Origin: Candidatus Marinacidobacterales bacterium
Lineage (GTDB): Bacteria > Acidobacteriota > Vicinamibacteria > Marinacidobacterales > DATDRI01
Assembly (NCBI GenBank): GCA_965226495.1
Contig: OZ245365.1
Coordinates: forward strand, 3,936,001 to 4,000,000
Direction of reading: 5' to 3'
Length of the DNA stretch: 64,000 nucleotides
Both the position numbers and the translations under genes were made by a program. This document shows positions 1 to 9,924 of the stretch, piece after piece; within the stretch, counting starts at the first letter, position 1; the number at the start of each line of letters is the position of its first letter. A model generated the notes under the pieces. The model was not told the origin of the DNA. It ran no database searches and was given only the letters and a program-made list of their open reading frames with translations.

Positions 1-96
1 ATGTTCGGGCGATCAGCCTGGGCAAACGCAGTCAAGGGTGACAGCCCAACGCTGAGAGTGGCAAATACGAGAGCTCGTTTCACCAGTCGCTCCTTC

Positions 97-1884
97 TCAT
101 TCGGCGGTCGTCGTCGGGACGGCAACCGGAACCGTCACCGGCTGATCGAGCATGAACGGGAGCAAGGCTTGCGCTTCGACGGCCACCTGCTGGCCTTTGG
201 TCGCCGCCGACGCCGCGGTGCCCACACCGGCACCAATGACGGCGCCCTTCCAAGCGCCCGAGCCGCCGTCCGCAATCGCGCCGATGGCCGCTCCGACTCC
301 GGCACCTCCGGCAATTTTCTTCCCGGTATCCTTCCCGGAAGAAGCTCCCTCGACCTTGAACTTGTTCGAGACGACCGGCAGCACACGCCCGTTCACGTCG
401 ATATCGGTCAAGCTCAGAATCAACTTGGCTTGACCGGACATGCTGCCCGATTTTTCCGCCTCCACCACGATGCCGTAGACCTTGCTACCCTTAGGAGCCG
501 CCATCGCGTCGCCCACCTTGAGCTCTGTATCAAGGAATCCCGAGAACCGCTGGCCTTCCTTCGCGGTCTCGGAGCTCAGGGCCTCGGCGATACGAACCGG
601 CAACGCAGTACCGGAGGGAACGGTCAAAGACTTGTAGGAAGGGCTCGCGGACGCCGTCATATTTTGCGGGGCCTGCGGGGCTGGAGGCCGCGGCGGATCG
701 ATGATGATGTACTGCTCCTTTCCCGATGGATCGAGATAAGGCATGTAGTACTTGCTCTGATAAGTGAAGAACGTTTCGCCGCCCTTTGCGACGATCTCGA
801 ACTCCGCCGGTAAGGCGTCCAACACCGCGATACCCTGCGGCAGGGTCACCACGACGTAGGCGACCTGGCCGTCCTTAGTGACCTTCCGATAGAACGTGTT
901 CTTGTAATAGTAGTAGGTGTTCCCGCCGGTGGTGACCGTCGCGGCATCGGGAGGCAACGACGTCGCCTTCAAACCTTCCGGCGCGGGTACGACTTCGTAG
1001 CTGACGGAGCCTCCGCTCGAGCTCGCCACGTAGCAAGTGTGACTCGCGTAGTAATAGGTCGCTGCACCCACCGTGACCACGACCGCACCTACGGGTACCG
1101 TCGTATACACGACGCCGTAAGGCGGCCCCATCGCCCAATAATACGTGGCTCCTCGCCAAGCATAGGGGCGGTAATAGTAAGAACCGTAGTAGTAGTAAGA
1201 CCGGCCGTAATACGTGACGCCCCGATAGCCGGCCGGTAGTGTACGCACTGCTGCACCGTAGTAGGGCCCCCGCACAGCCGCTCCATAAGGGCCTCGAGCC
1301 GCGGCCACCGTACGATCGCCGTAGTACTTCGTGTCGACATCGGCAACCACGCCGCCCCGGCCGTAGGCACCCCGCGCGGCCACGCCCTCAACATCAGCTT
1401 CACGGCCGGTGCTGGTCTTAGCCTCGCCCTCGAACTCGACGCTACGGTAGCCCTCGCGCTCTGCGGAGCCTGAACGTTCGGCGGTCTCACCGTAACGCCC
1501 GGTAGTCTTGGACTCGCGTTCGACACTATCGACGCGGCCATCATCGAACTCGATGTCCTTGGACGACTCCCGGCTTCCCCCGCGGCTCGACTGAGCCTGC
1601 TTGTCCACGGTGAGCGTATCGCCGTCGCGTGATACGTCTCGCGAACCGCTGACGCTCTCCCCACCTCGCCCGGTCAAAGTAGCGCTCTCCGAGCCAGTGT
1701 TTCCAGACCTATTCTTGCTGTAGTTCGCACTTCCACCTCGCTGGGTGTTGCGGCTGTAATTGCCATTGGGCGTGGCATAGCGGACGCTGCCCCTTCTACT
1801 ACCTCCTCGTCGCTGCGCGAACACGTCCTGACTCACTAGGCCGACACCGATGAAAATCACCAGGAGTTTGACTAACGACTTCAT
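97..1884 (-). CDS. Secreted multidomain protein: Gly/Arg-rich region, Tyr-rich DUF6515-like repeats, C-terminal TrbI/VirB10-like domain with glycine zipper
   Basis: Signal peptide; repeats such as VRTLPAGYRGVTYYGRSYYYYG; C-terminal LTVPSGTALPVRI...GGAGVGAAIGAIADGG. Confidence 0.65.
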   Translation of the reverse strand: MKSLVKLLVIFIGVGLVSQDVFAQRRGGSRRGSVRYATPNGNYSRNTQRGGSANYSKNRSGNTGSESATLTGRGGESVSGSRDVSRDGDTLTVDKQAQSSRGGSRESSKDIEFDDGRVDSVERESKTTGRYGETAERSGSAEREGYRSVEFEGEAKTSTGREADVEGVAARGAYGRGGVVADVDTKYYGDRTVAAARGPYGAAVRGPYYGAAVRTLPAGYRGVTYYGRSYYYYGSYYYRPYAWRGATYYWAMGPPYGVVYTTVPVGAVVVTVGAATYYYASHTCYVASSSGGSVSYEVVPAPEGLKATSLPPDAATVTTGGNTYYYYKNTFYRKVTKDGQVAYVVVTLPQGIAVLDALPAEFEIVAKGGETFFTYQSKYYMPYLDPSGKEQYIIIDPPRPPAPQAPQNMTASASPSYKSLTVPSGTALPVRIAEALSSETAKEGQRFSGFLDTELKVGDAMAAPKGSKVYGIVVEAEKSGSMSGQAKLILSLTDIDVNGRVLPVVSNKFKVEGASSGKDTGKKIAGGAGVGAAIGAIADGGSGAWKGAVIGAGVGTAASAATKGQQVAVEAQALLPFMLDQPVTVPVAVPTTTAE

Positions 1885-2654
1885 TTCGCCTCCTCTGCCT
1901 CGCGCGCCAAGGGCAAGCGGAAATTCTTCGCTTTCATTTGCCTCGCGCCGTCGGGGGGCTCGAACTCGAACAGGCCTTCCGGGAAATCCGGGTTCAAATT
2001 CCAGGCTCGCAAGACCGCCGTATACTGGGGCTCGCCGGGCTCGTTTTTGTAGTTGATCACGATTTTACGCGGAAGAGGGTCGTTTTCCGCATCGATCCAC
2101 AGCTGCCATTCAAGCCAGTCGTTGGCGAACGCGACATGATGGGAACGCACCCCGTCCACCTCGTGAATCCCCACATACATTCCGAAGAGAGCGTTCCCCG
2201 TGAGCACGTCGTGACAATCAGTGCGCACGAAATCGGCTAAAGGCATCACTGCATCGTATTCGGAAGCCATGAAGTCCAACGCTTCATCTAATTCGTCGGG
2301 CACCCCGAAAACCGTATAAGCATTGTGGCGTTTGTCAAAAGCGCTAACCGTGTCTTTGTTGTACCAAAGAGTGAAGTGCCCCTCGTCGCCCTCGACGTCG
2401 CCGACGGCCTGGTTCGGCCTTCGCACGGCGACGGTTCGCCGATTGGAGAACTGAATCTTCACACCCACGTCGAGGAGCTCATCGTAGATTTCGTCGGCCC
2501 TGACCGCAAAGCTCTGCGCCCCCGAGAGCAGTGTACACATCTCGCGCACGACTTCGACCGCCCGGGTTTCGATCTCGAGCTTTTCTTGGGACGCGTCCGC
2601 GGTCGATCCGCTGAAAAAGACGAGCAGACTCCCGGCTACTAGCTTCCATATCAC
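1881..2654 (-). CDS. DUF2092 family periplasmic protein (LolA-like fold)
   Basis: Signal peptide; VRRPN, HHVAF, WQLWID, LPRKIVI..K..PGEPQY motifs; 4-bp overlap with downstream gene. Confidence 0.8.
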   Translation of the reverse strand: MIWKLVAGSLLVFFSGSTADASQEKLEIETRAVEVVREMCTLLSGAQSFAVRADEIYDELLDVGVKIQFSNRRTVAVRRPNQAVGDVEGDEGHFTLWYNKDTVSAFDKRHNAYTVFGVPDELDEALDFMASEYDAVMPLADFVRTDCHDVLTGNALFGMYVGIHEVDGVRSHHVAFANDWLEWQLWIDAENDPLPRKIVINYKNEPGEPQYTAVLRAWNLNPDFPEGLFEFEPPDGARQMKAKNFRLPLAREAEEAK

Positions 2655-2667
2655 TTGTTCACCTCCG

Positions 2668-3417
2668 CTACGAACCGACCCGCTGGTAGTCGTGGTTCTC
2701 TACCTTCAGCTCGACCTCCTTCTCTGGGTAACTCACCACGGTGCGCGCTTGATACGTTGGACCGTCCACGACGCTTTCGTATTCCGAGACTAAGGTAACC
2801 GGCTTTTCCTCGAGGGCAGTCGTGATCTCGACACGTTTCATCATTCGGGTTGCCGGATCGATCCATAGGGTCATCGCATCCCCGGGCAGGAGGACATCGC
2901 CGCCTTGGATGCGCATGGTCCCCGCCTGCCCGCCTTCACCCTGACTCGTCTGCGCGCCCTTCACGAAGGCCTGCATCTTGCCAGGAGGAATCGCCCCATA
3001 TGAGGCGACGAGCTTCCCGAGAGCCTGCATCATCTCGGCGAACTCTTTCTTCTTCTTCTCGATGATCTTGGCCTTGGCCCTGTCCCCTCTTTTCTTGCGA
3101 CCAGCGGTCGGCTTCTCCGATTGTTGTTCCGGCGAGCCACCGATCTGTGTTTTCTGAAGCTTGCCGTCCATGTCATAGCGAACCTGTTCGAGCTTCACGT
3201 TCTTGGATTCCCCTTTCACCTTGATCTCGGTGCGGGACTGCCAGGTGTATTGCTTGAGCGCTTCGCTGTTCTGCTTCTGAGCTTCGGCAAACTCCCCCTT
3301 GTCCTGCGCGTCGCTCACGCTGGTAACAAAAAACATTCCGACCGCTGCAAGGCCGAGTAAAAACGGTTTCATCGGTTCGCGTCTCAACATAGGGCCATCT
3401 CCTGAATAACTCATCAT
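2668..3417 (-). CDS. Hypothetical exported protein (likely start 3372, MKPFLLG)
   Basis: Signal peptide; in operon between the PPIase and DUF2092 genes. Confidence 0.7.
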   Translation of the reverse strand: MMSYSGDGPMLRREPMKPFLLGLAAVGMFFVTSVSDAQDKGEFAEAQKQNSEALKQYTWQSRTEIKVKGESKNVKLEQVRYDMDGKLQKTQIGGSPEQQSEKPTAGRKKRGDRAKAKIIEKKKKEFAEMMQALGKLVASYGAIPPGKMQAFVKGAQTSQGEGGQAGTMRIQGGDVLLPGDAMTLWIDPATRMMKRVEITTALEEKPVTLVSEYESVVDGPTYQARTVVSYPEKEVELKVENHDYQRVGS

Positions 3418-4283
3418 TTCTGGGCGGCGTCCGTCACCGGCGACGACGCAGCCCGCCCCTCTACCACAACCTCGTAGCGCTCTCGCAAGGCGGCATAGAA
3501 CGCTTCGTTCATTTCACGCCGTCTCCGATCGAGCAAATCGGTTTTCACTCGATCGCGAACCTCTGCCAAGTCCGGCATCCGCGGCTCGGTTCGCTCGCGA
3601 ACGAGCACCAAGTGTACTCCATAGCTCGACTCGACCGGGCCATGCCAAGAACCGGGGTCGAGCTCGAAGACAGACTCCGCGAACGCCGTTCCGAAGAGCT
3701 CTCGCAGATCTTGCTGGCTACGAGATGGGTAATCGGATTGCAGCATGAATGGATCTCCGAACGTGCGGTGCTCTCCGGAGGCAATCGACTTCGACCGAAG
3801 CTTTTCAAGCACCTGGCGTGCGTCATCTTCGACCGCGTCCCCGCGGCGATCGCGACTCAAGTAAACGTGGGAGAGACTGATCCGAGCCGGGACGCCGTAG
3901 CGTTGGGAGTTTTGGTCGAGGTATTCCTGCATCTCGCCTTCGATCGGCTCGGCCAATGCTGCCAAGTCGTTGGAAAGGAGCTCCATCCTCTGGGCCAACC
4001 GGCGACGGATGACGGTGTCGTTCTGATCGAGGCCTATCGCGATCGCCTCACGATAGAGGATTTCCTCGCGTATGAACTGATCGATGAGGCCTTGGAGCTC
4101 TTTCTCGCTCGGGGGACGTCTCCACTGCCGTTGCCATAGGGCGCGTATGCGTTCGATATCGCCCGCCGATACCTCGACTCGATTGCCCTCGTCGGACGGG
4201 CCGCTTCGAAAAAGTGTGTACAGCCCGAAAAAGACGGCGCCGATAACGAGGAAATGGAGCAAAGGATTGCGTTGCCATTTCAT
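3414..4283 (-). CDS. PpiC-type peptidylprolyl isomerase (rotamase_2 family)
   Basis: PLLHFLVIG, IREEILYREA..GLD..D..IRRRL, WHGPVESSYGVHLV motifs. Confidence 0.88.
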   Translation of the reverse strand: MKWQRNPLLHFLVIGAVFFGLYTLFRSGPSDEGNRVEVSAGDIERIRALWQRQWRRPPSEKELQGLIDQFIREEILYREAIAIGLDQNDTVIRRRLAQRMELLSNDLAALAEPIEGEMQEYLDQNSQRYGVPARISLSHVYLSRDRRGDAVEDDARQVLEKLRSKSIASGEHRTFGDPFMLQSDYPSRSQQDLRELFGTAFAESVFELDPGSWHGPVESSYGVHLVLVRERTEPRMPDLAEVRDRVKTDLLDRRRREMNEAFYAALRERYEVVVEGRAASSPVTDAAQK

Positions 4284-4378
4284 CGGTCACAACCATACCC
4301 GGACTCGGCAGCCGGTGGAACCCGGAAAACTACGGCTTTCTCGAAGGGAATGCTATGAACCGCGCAATGGCTTTTGTT

Positions 4379-5260
4379 TCAATGGCTTGAACACACGCCC
4401 GACGTGTCCAGAAACTCGGCGGCGGCCCGGTTGAACGCCTCGGGATTCTCTAGGTTCGAGGTATACCCCGCGTCCGGCAGTACGACACGCTTCGCGCCTG
4501 CTATCTTCCCCTGCAGAAAGCGAGTGCGCCGGTGGAGGTCCGGGTGGTCCAACTCACCCACCAAGAGCAGAGTCGGTGCACCGATTTCCTCCACCCGCTC
4601 CAGGAGTGGAGGCTCGACGGGCCGATTAGAGCTGAACACGTTCCCGAAGCTCTTGAAGTTCTCGGCGATGAGAGTCCGGGCGCGCTCACGTGCAGCTGGG
4701 TTCTTTGGAGCGGGAATGAAGTGGGGATCATCGAGTACCGTCTGGATGAAGGCCTCGGCGCCGGCTTCGAAAGACGCCGCGATCACGTTGACTCGCTTCT
4801 GCATGGCTTCCGAGAACGGATAACCGGGAACGAACGGGGCCGCCGCGATAACCCCGGACACCCGTTCTGGATGGGTCAGCGCAAACTCCAACACGATGCC
4901 CCCGCCCGATGAGAGTCCGACGACTACAGCCTTTTCGATGTCGAGGGAATCGAGGAACGCCGCAAGGTCATCGTGATCTGAGTAAGGTGCGGTCGGCGGA
5001 TCGGATCGGCCGAGCCCGCGTGGGTCTACGCGGATCACTTTGAAGTCTTCCTGCAAGAAGTCGAACTGATTGTCCCACTGCCGCGAGTCCATCGCGCTAC
5101 CACCGCCTACCTATACGATCGGACAGCCGTCGCCAGCCGTTTAGTAGTAGAGCGATCCGCCATCCACCGATGCTCGATCCGTAGGGGTGGCAGACAAGCA
5201 ACTAACCGTCGCCGCCAAGACCAAGAGGTCACGTTTCAGGTGAACACGAATCTTCCTCAT
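4379..5260 (-). pseudogene. Alpha/beta hydrolase with two in-frame stops
   Basis: Frame runs from ATG 5260 through TAA (5141-5143) and TAG (5111-5113) into ORF 4379..5092; GLSSGG nucleophile elbow; catalytic His position reads Y (DAGYTSNLE). Confidence 0.8.
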
Positions 5261-5265
5261 CGCGC

Positions 5266-5565
5266 TTACTCTTCGCGCAGCGCTCGTACGGGGCTCACCC
5301 GCGCCGCACGGAGGGCAGAGATCAAACTCGAAAGTAAGGCAACGAACGCGAGAAGGATCGAAAGACCCACGTAGGTAGCCGGGTCGGTTGCATCCACTCC
5401 ATAGAGCTGGTTCTCCAAGAGGCTGCTGAAGCCCAAGGCCCCCAACAAACCCACCGTAACCCCCACCGCGGCGAGTACGAGTCCACCGCGAAGAACCATC
5501 AACAGAACGTCCGAAGTGCGTGCACCGAGTGCTCTTTCCTCCGGATGGACAGCTTGACGATTCAC
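5266..5565 (-). pseudogene. C-terminal remnant of an ADOP/FtsX-type ABC permease
   Basis: RALGARTSDVLLMVL...LYGVDATDPATY...RAARVSPVRALREE; most of the gene is missing. Confidence 0.8.
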
Positions 5566-5667
5566 CTGCTCCCCCCTACTCGTCGCATTCTAGCAATTTT
5601 CCGTACCCGGCCGGGCCTGGACGCACGAACGTGTCGGCCTTAGAATCAGGCGCCGGAGGGAGACGAC

Positions 5668-6858
5668 GTGTACAGGCACTTGTCCTTAGTAGGTTTTTTC
5701 ATCAGCCTTGGCGTGGGGTGCGGGAGTGGGCCCGACCAACACGGCCCGCCCCCGATCAAAGTAGGGGCCATCTTCGCCCTCACCGGGCCCACCTCGGATG
5801 TCGGGACAACGTACGCCGAAGGTCTTCGTGGCTACATCGAGTGGGCTAACCAAAACGGCGGCGTCGAAGGTCGGCCCCTCGAGCTCATCTACCAGGACTA
5901 CGGGTACAAGGTCGATCAGGCCGAGTTGCTCTATACCCAGTTCGTGCAAGAAGGAGCCTTGGTGTTCCAAGGATGGGGCACCGGTGATACCGAGGCACTG
6001 CGAGGTCGGATCGCGGACGACAAGATTCCGTTCATGTCCGCCTCATACTCTTACGTGCTCGGAAACCCGGACCAAGCGCCTTACAACTTCCTTGTGGGAA
6101 CCACCTATAGCGAACAGTTCTTCATCGTCCTCGATTGGATCCTGGAAAACCACAAAGGGCCTGAGGCCCCATCAGTCGCGCTGATGCACCACCCGTCACC
6201 TTTTGGGCTCTCGCCGTTCGAGCAAGGGGGGAAGGACTACGCGGCGAGCAAAGGAGTGAAGCTCACGGCACACGAGATGTCCCGCGGAGCAACTGACTAT
6301 ACCGCCGAGCTCACTAAGATCCGTGAGGAAGGCGTTCAGTACGTCGTTTTTCAAAACACGTCCGGTCCGGTGTCCCTGGTACTCAAAAACGCGCGCCGCC
6401 TGCGCCTCGACATCGAGTTCCTTTGTCTCAACTGGTGCACCAACGAGCTGCTCACCGAGCTCGCCCCTGAGGCTTCAGAAGGAGTCGTTGGCTCGATGCT
6501 CTTTTCTCCACCTGGCCCGGGCATCGAGGGGCTCAAAGACGCCGAAGCCTATTTGGATTCGCAGGGAGAATTCTTGAAAGAAAAAGGGAGCGTTTACGGG
6601 CAGGGTTGGTGGACGATGGCGGTGATGATCGAGGGTATCCGCCGCGTCGTCGCGAAAGGGAAGGAGCTGACGGGAGAGAACATCAAGGCGGCCTTGGAGA
6701 GCATCACCGATCTCGACACCGGCGGCGTCACCTTTCCGATCACCTTCACCGCCCGAGATCATCGGGGCTCCAAGGGCATGAAGCTCTTTCGCGTCGAGAA
6801 CAGAGAATGGCAACCGTTCACGGATTTCCGGACTAGCGACTATGCTCCAACTGAATAA
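5668..6858 (+). CDS. Branched-chain amino acid-type ABC transporter substrate-binding protein
   Basis: IKVGAIFALTGPTSDVG, WGTGDTEAL; lipoprotein-like N-terminus (VGC). Confidence 0.9.
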   Translation: MYRHLSLVGFFISLGVGCGSGPDQHGPPPIKVGAIFALTGPTSDVGTTYAEGLRGYIEWANQNGGVEGRPLELIYQDYGYKVDQAELLYTQFVQEGALVFQGWGTGDTEALRGRIADDKIPFMSASYSYVLGNPDQAPYNFLVGTTYSEQFFIVLDWILENHKGPEAPSVALMHHPSPFGLSPFEQGGKDYAASKGVKLTAHEMSRGATDYTAELTKIREEGVQYVVFQNTSGPVSLVLKNARRLRLDIEFLCLNWCTNELLTELAPEASEGVVGSMLFSPPGPGIEGLKDAEAYLDSQGEFLKEKGSVYGQGWWTMAVMIEGIRRVVAKGKELTGENIKAALESITDLDTGGVTFPITFTARDHRGSKGMKLFRVENREWQPFTDFRTSDYAPTE

Positions 6859-7636
6859 CGTCGAGGTCATCTATGATCGCGTCATCCTGGTCCTCAAAGG
6901 CCTATCCCTTCGGGTCGAAACCGGTCAAATCGCAGCCCTCCTCGGTACGAACGGCGCCGGTAAATCGACGACTCTGAAAGCCATCTCCGGACTCCTCAAA
7001 CCCGAGGACGGCGAGGTAACCGACGGTAGTATCGAGTTTCTCGGAGCGCCCATTCATAATCTCGCCGCCGAAACGATCGTCCGACGTGGAATCTTTCAGG
7101 TGATGGAGGGGCGGCGAGTCTTCGAACATCTGACCGTGGAAGAGAATCTCCTTGCCGGCGGCTACACTCGCCCCGATCAAAATCGCATGCGCTCCGAGCT
7201 AGAGCATGTGTTCGACTATTTCCCTCCGTTGAAAGAGCGCTCCCACCAGCACGCGGGCCATCTCTCCGGAGGTGAACAGCAAATGCTCGCCATCGGACGC
7301 GCGCTCATGGCGAGGCCCAAGCTCATGCTGTTGGATGAGCCTTCCCTAGGTCTTGCTCCCCTTCTGGTCCGGGAGATCTTCGAGATCGTCCGGCGCATCA
7401 ATCACGAAGAAGGCACCACCATACTCCTCGTCGAACAAAACGCAGCCCTGGCACTCGAGATCTCCGACTATGGGTACATCATGGAAAACGGTCGCGTCGT
7501 ATTAGAGGGCGAGCCGGAAGCGCTACGCCAAAATGAAGACGTCAAAGAATTCTACCTGGGGCTCACAAAGGTCGGCCAGCGAAAATCCTACCGCGACGTC
7601 AAACATTACAAGCGTCGAAAACGTTGGTTGTCGTGA
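6842..7636 (+). CDS. livF: LivF-like ABC ATP-binding protein
   Basis: Walker A GTNGAGKS, LSGGEQQM, LLDEPSLGLAP; C-terminal YRDVKHYKRRKRWL. Confidence 0.9.
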   Translation: MLQLNNVEVIYDRVILVLKGLSLRVETGQIAALLGTNGAGKSTTLKAISGLLKPEDGEVTDGSIEFLGAPIHNLAAETIVRRGIFQVMEGRRVFEHLTVEENLLAGGYTRPDQNRMRSELEHVFDYFPPLKERSHQHAGHLSGGEQQMLAIGRALMARPKLMLLDEPSLGLAPLLVREIFEIVRRINHEEGTTILLVEQNAALALEISDYGYIMENGRVVLEGEPEALRQNEDVKEFYLGLTKVGQRKSYRDVKHYKRRKRWLS

Positions 7637-7657
7637 GTGCGCTTGCTATAATCACCC

Positions 7658-8065
7658 ATGCGATACTTGACGTTTTTCACCTTGACGCTACTTCTTTTCG
7701 CGGCTGCCTGCGGCGACTCAACGACTGACTCTACCGAGCTCTCGACGGTGAGAGGCGTGGTGGTCTCAGACCAGGCAGTTACCTATGATGCCGACTCCGT
7801 CCTCATCGTCCGCCTGTCGGACGTGAGCCTACAAGACACTTTCTCCCCGATCATCTCTGAACAGGTCATTTCGGGGCCGCGAGAGCTTCCGGTTCCGTTT
7901 CTTCTGCCATACTCTCCCGAGCAGATCAGCGAGCGCAATACCTACTCGGTGAGCGCCCGCATCGAGCGGGGGACGACCCTCCTCTACATCAGCACGACGT
8001 CCAACCCCGTCATTACTCGCGGGAATCCGGATCGCACGGACGTCGAAGTGGAGCAGGTCAACTAA
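7658..8065 (+). CDS. YbaY family lipoprotein
   Basis: Lipobox AAAC; VRLSDVSLQD, VPFLLPY, YSVSARIE. Confidence 0.82.
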   Translation: MRYLTFFTLTLLLFAAACGDSTTDSTELSTVRGVVVSDQAVTYDADSVLIVRLSDVSLQDTFSPIISEQVISGPRELPVPFLLPYSPEQISERNTYSVSARIERGTTLLYISTTSNPVITRGNPDRTDVEVEQVN

Positions 8066-8140
8066 AGCCGGTCCGCGCGCGAGCCCTAACTCGGTCTTCA
8101 GGCTGGGCCTTCCAGGGATCCCGATCTCGAGTTGGCGAAG

Positions 8141-8443
8141 TCACTGAATGACGTTCTTGTCCTCCGAGATAGTCACTAGGAGAACGCAGTTCCTGCAGTC
8201 CCCTTGGTTGAGGCGAAACATGACCGAACCCTTCGTAGAGAGGGCGCAGCCTTTGTCTCCGCCAGAACAAGAACACTCGAACGTTCCTTCTATGGCATTG
8301 GAGTCCTGCCGCATGAGCGCGACTTTGCCGTCGGCGAGCGGGCGCGTGGCGTACCCCTCCTTGAGCTTCACCTGCTTCCCGTCGAGAACGGTGCCTTCAG
8401 GGAGTCGAGGTGATTTCGTAGCAGTTGCTTGGGGCTCCGCCAT
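8141..8443 (-). CDS. Small Cys-rich hypothetical protein
   Basis: 100-aa ORF in an otherwise empty gap; CSC-x6-C...CxxC. Confidence 0.5.
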   Translation of the reverse strand: MAEPQATATKSPRLPEGTVLDGKQVKLKEGYATRPLADGKVALMRQDSNAIEGTFECSCSGGDKGCALSTKGSVMFRLNQGDCRNCVLLVTISEDKNVIQ

Positions 8444-8566
8444 CCGAACGGTTTTCGTCTTCTGAACTGTTGTCTTCAGATCGCGCTTTCAATGACGTCG
8501 TGACGACCGGCGAGTCTGCCTAGCGTGGACGGCCGCCGCCACGATATGGTAGACCTTCGATCCGGA

Positions 8567-9820
8567 ATGACTGAAGACCGCGCCATCTACATGCCTGAAG
8601 TGGAGGCGGCCTCCCCGGAAGCGCGCGCGGCGTACGAAGACGATCTGGTGCGGCGCGCCGTCGTCTTTGCCGCCGAGAAGACCACAGAAATCCGCGAGCG
8701 GCTGCGGAAGGCGGGCATGACCCCCGAGAGCATCCGTGGCGTCGAAGACCTGCCTCGAGTCCCGGTGCTATCTAAGGATTCCGTGCCTGCACTTCAGGCG
8801 GAAGAGCCGCCCTTCGGAGGCATGCTTGCCGTGCCCACCTCGAAGCTCCGGCGTGTTTACATGTCTCCCGGTCCCATCTTCGATCCAGAGGGCGATCAGC
8901 AGGACTTTTGGCGCTGGGCACCGGCGCTTTGGGCTTCCGGCTTTCGGCCCGACGACATCGTATACAACACCTTCTCCTACCATCTCACTCCGGCCGGAGC
9001 CATGATGGAGGAAGGTTTGCGCACTATTGGCTGCACCGTCATACCCGGCGGCGTGGGAAACACCGAGCTTCAGGTGGAGTTTGTTTCCAAAGTAGCGGCC
9101 ACTGGATATGTCGGTACGCCGGCCTTCTTGCTAACCATGGTGGAGCAAGCCAAGGAAAGACGCCTGGTGCTTTCGCTCCAGCGAGCCTTTGTCTCCGGGG
9201 CACCGCTCTCTCCCTCTCTACGTAAGACACTGCAGTCGGACCACGACCTCTCGGTGTTTCAGGGTTATGGCACCGCGGATGCGGGCGCCCTCGGCTACGA
9301 GTGCGAGATGGCGGAAGGATGGCACATCGCACCGGGTGTCGTGATCGAAGTCGTGAATCCAGCGTCTGGGAAGCCGGTACCGCCCGGAGAAACTGGTGAG
9401 GTCGTGGCCACAGCGCCGAACGATGTCTATCCTCTCGTCCGCTTCGGAACCGGAGACCTCTCGGCCTTCATGCCAGCGGCTTGTTCCTGCGGACGAACGA
9501 CACCGCGCCTGGTGGGTTTCTTAGGACGGGCCGGCGATGGCGTGAAAGTGCGCGGGATGTTCGTCCATGCCAGCCAGCTTGGGAAGGCCTTCTCGAGCAC
9601 CGAGGGCGTCGCTCGGTATCGGGCCGTGGTAAACCAGGCAAACCACAAGGACGAGCTCACCATTCAGGTGGAGGGCAAGCCGGGAGCAAAATTGGATGAA
9701 AGGAAGCTCGCAGACGCCCTCCGCGGCGCCTTGAAGCTCCGCGTCGCGGTCGAGATTCTAGAGCCTGGCTCTCTTCCCGAAGACACGAAGCCCCTGGTCG
9801 ATGAACGCACGTGGGACTAA
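8567..9820 (+). CDS. Phenylacetate-CoA ligase (PaaK)-like AMP-binding protein
   Basis: SPGPIFDPEG, FSYHLTPAG, YGTAD, RFGTGDLS, CSCGRT, KVRGMFV. Confidence 0.88.
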   Translation: MTEDRAIYMPEVEAASPEARAAYEDDLVRRAVVFAAEKTTEIRERLRKAGMTPESIRGVEDLPRVPVLSKDSVPALQAEEPPFGGMLAVPTSKLRRVYMSPGPIFDPEGDQQDFWRWAPALWASGFRPDDIVYNTFSYHLTPAGAMMEEGLRTIGCTVIPGGVGNTELQVEFVSKVAATGYVGTPAFLLTMVEQAKERRLVLSLQRAFVSGAPLSPSLRKTLQSDHDLSVFQGYGTADAGALGYECEMAEGWHIAPGVVIEVVNPASGKPVPPGETGEVVATAPNDVYPLVRFGTGDLSAFMPAACSCGRTTPRLVGFLGRAGDGVKVRGMFVHASQLGKAFSSTEGVARYRAVVNQANHKDELTIQVEGKPGAKLDERKLADALRGALKLRVAVEILEPGSLPEDTKPLVDERTWD

Positions 9821-9924
9821 AACGGTGGGTTTTGCTTCACTTGCTTCAGCAGCCGAGTCAAACTATGATGTTAATTCCACCCCCGCTTGTCATTAACCTC
9901 TGATACAACTAGGAGCAGCAGTCA

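Noticed and set aside
1-813. 270-aa plus-strand ORF and other long antisense ORFs (e.g. 48367-49638, 51193-51936, 54182-54892)
   Set aside because: Shadow frames of real opposite-strand genes in GC-rich DNA; no recognisable motifs
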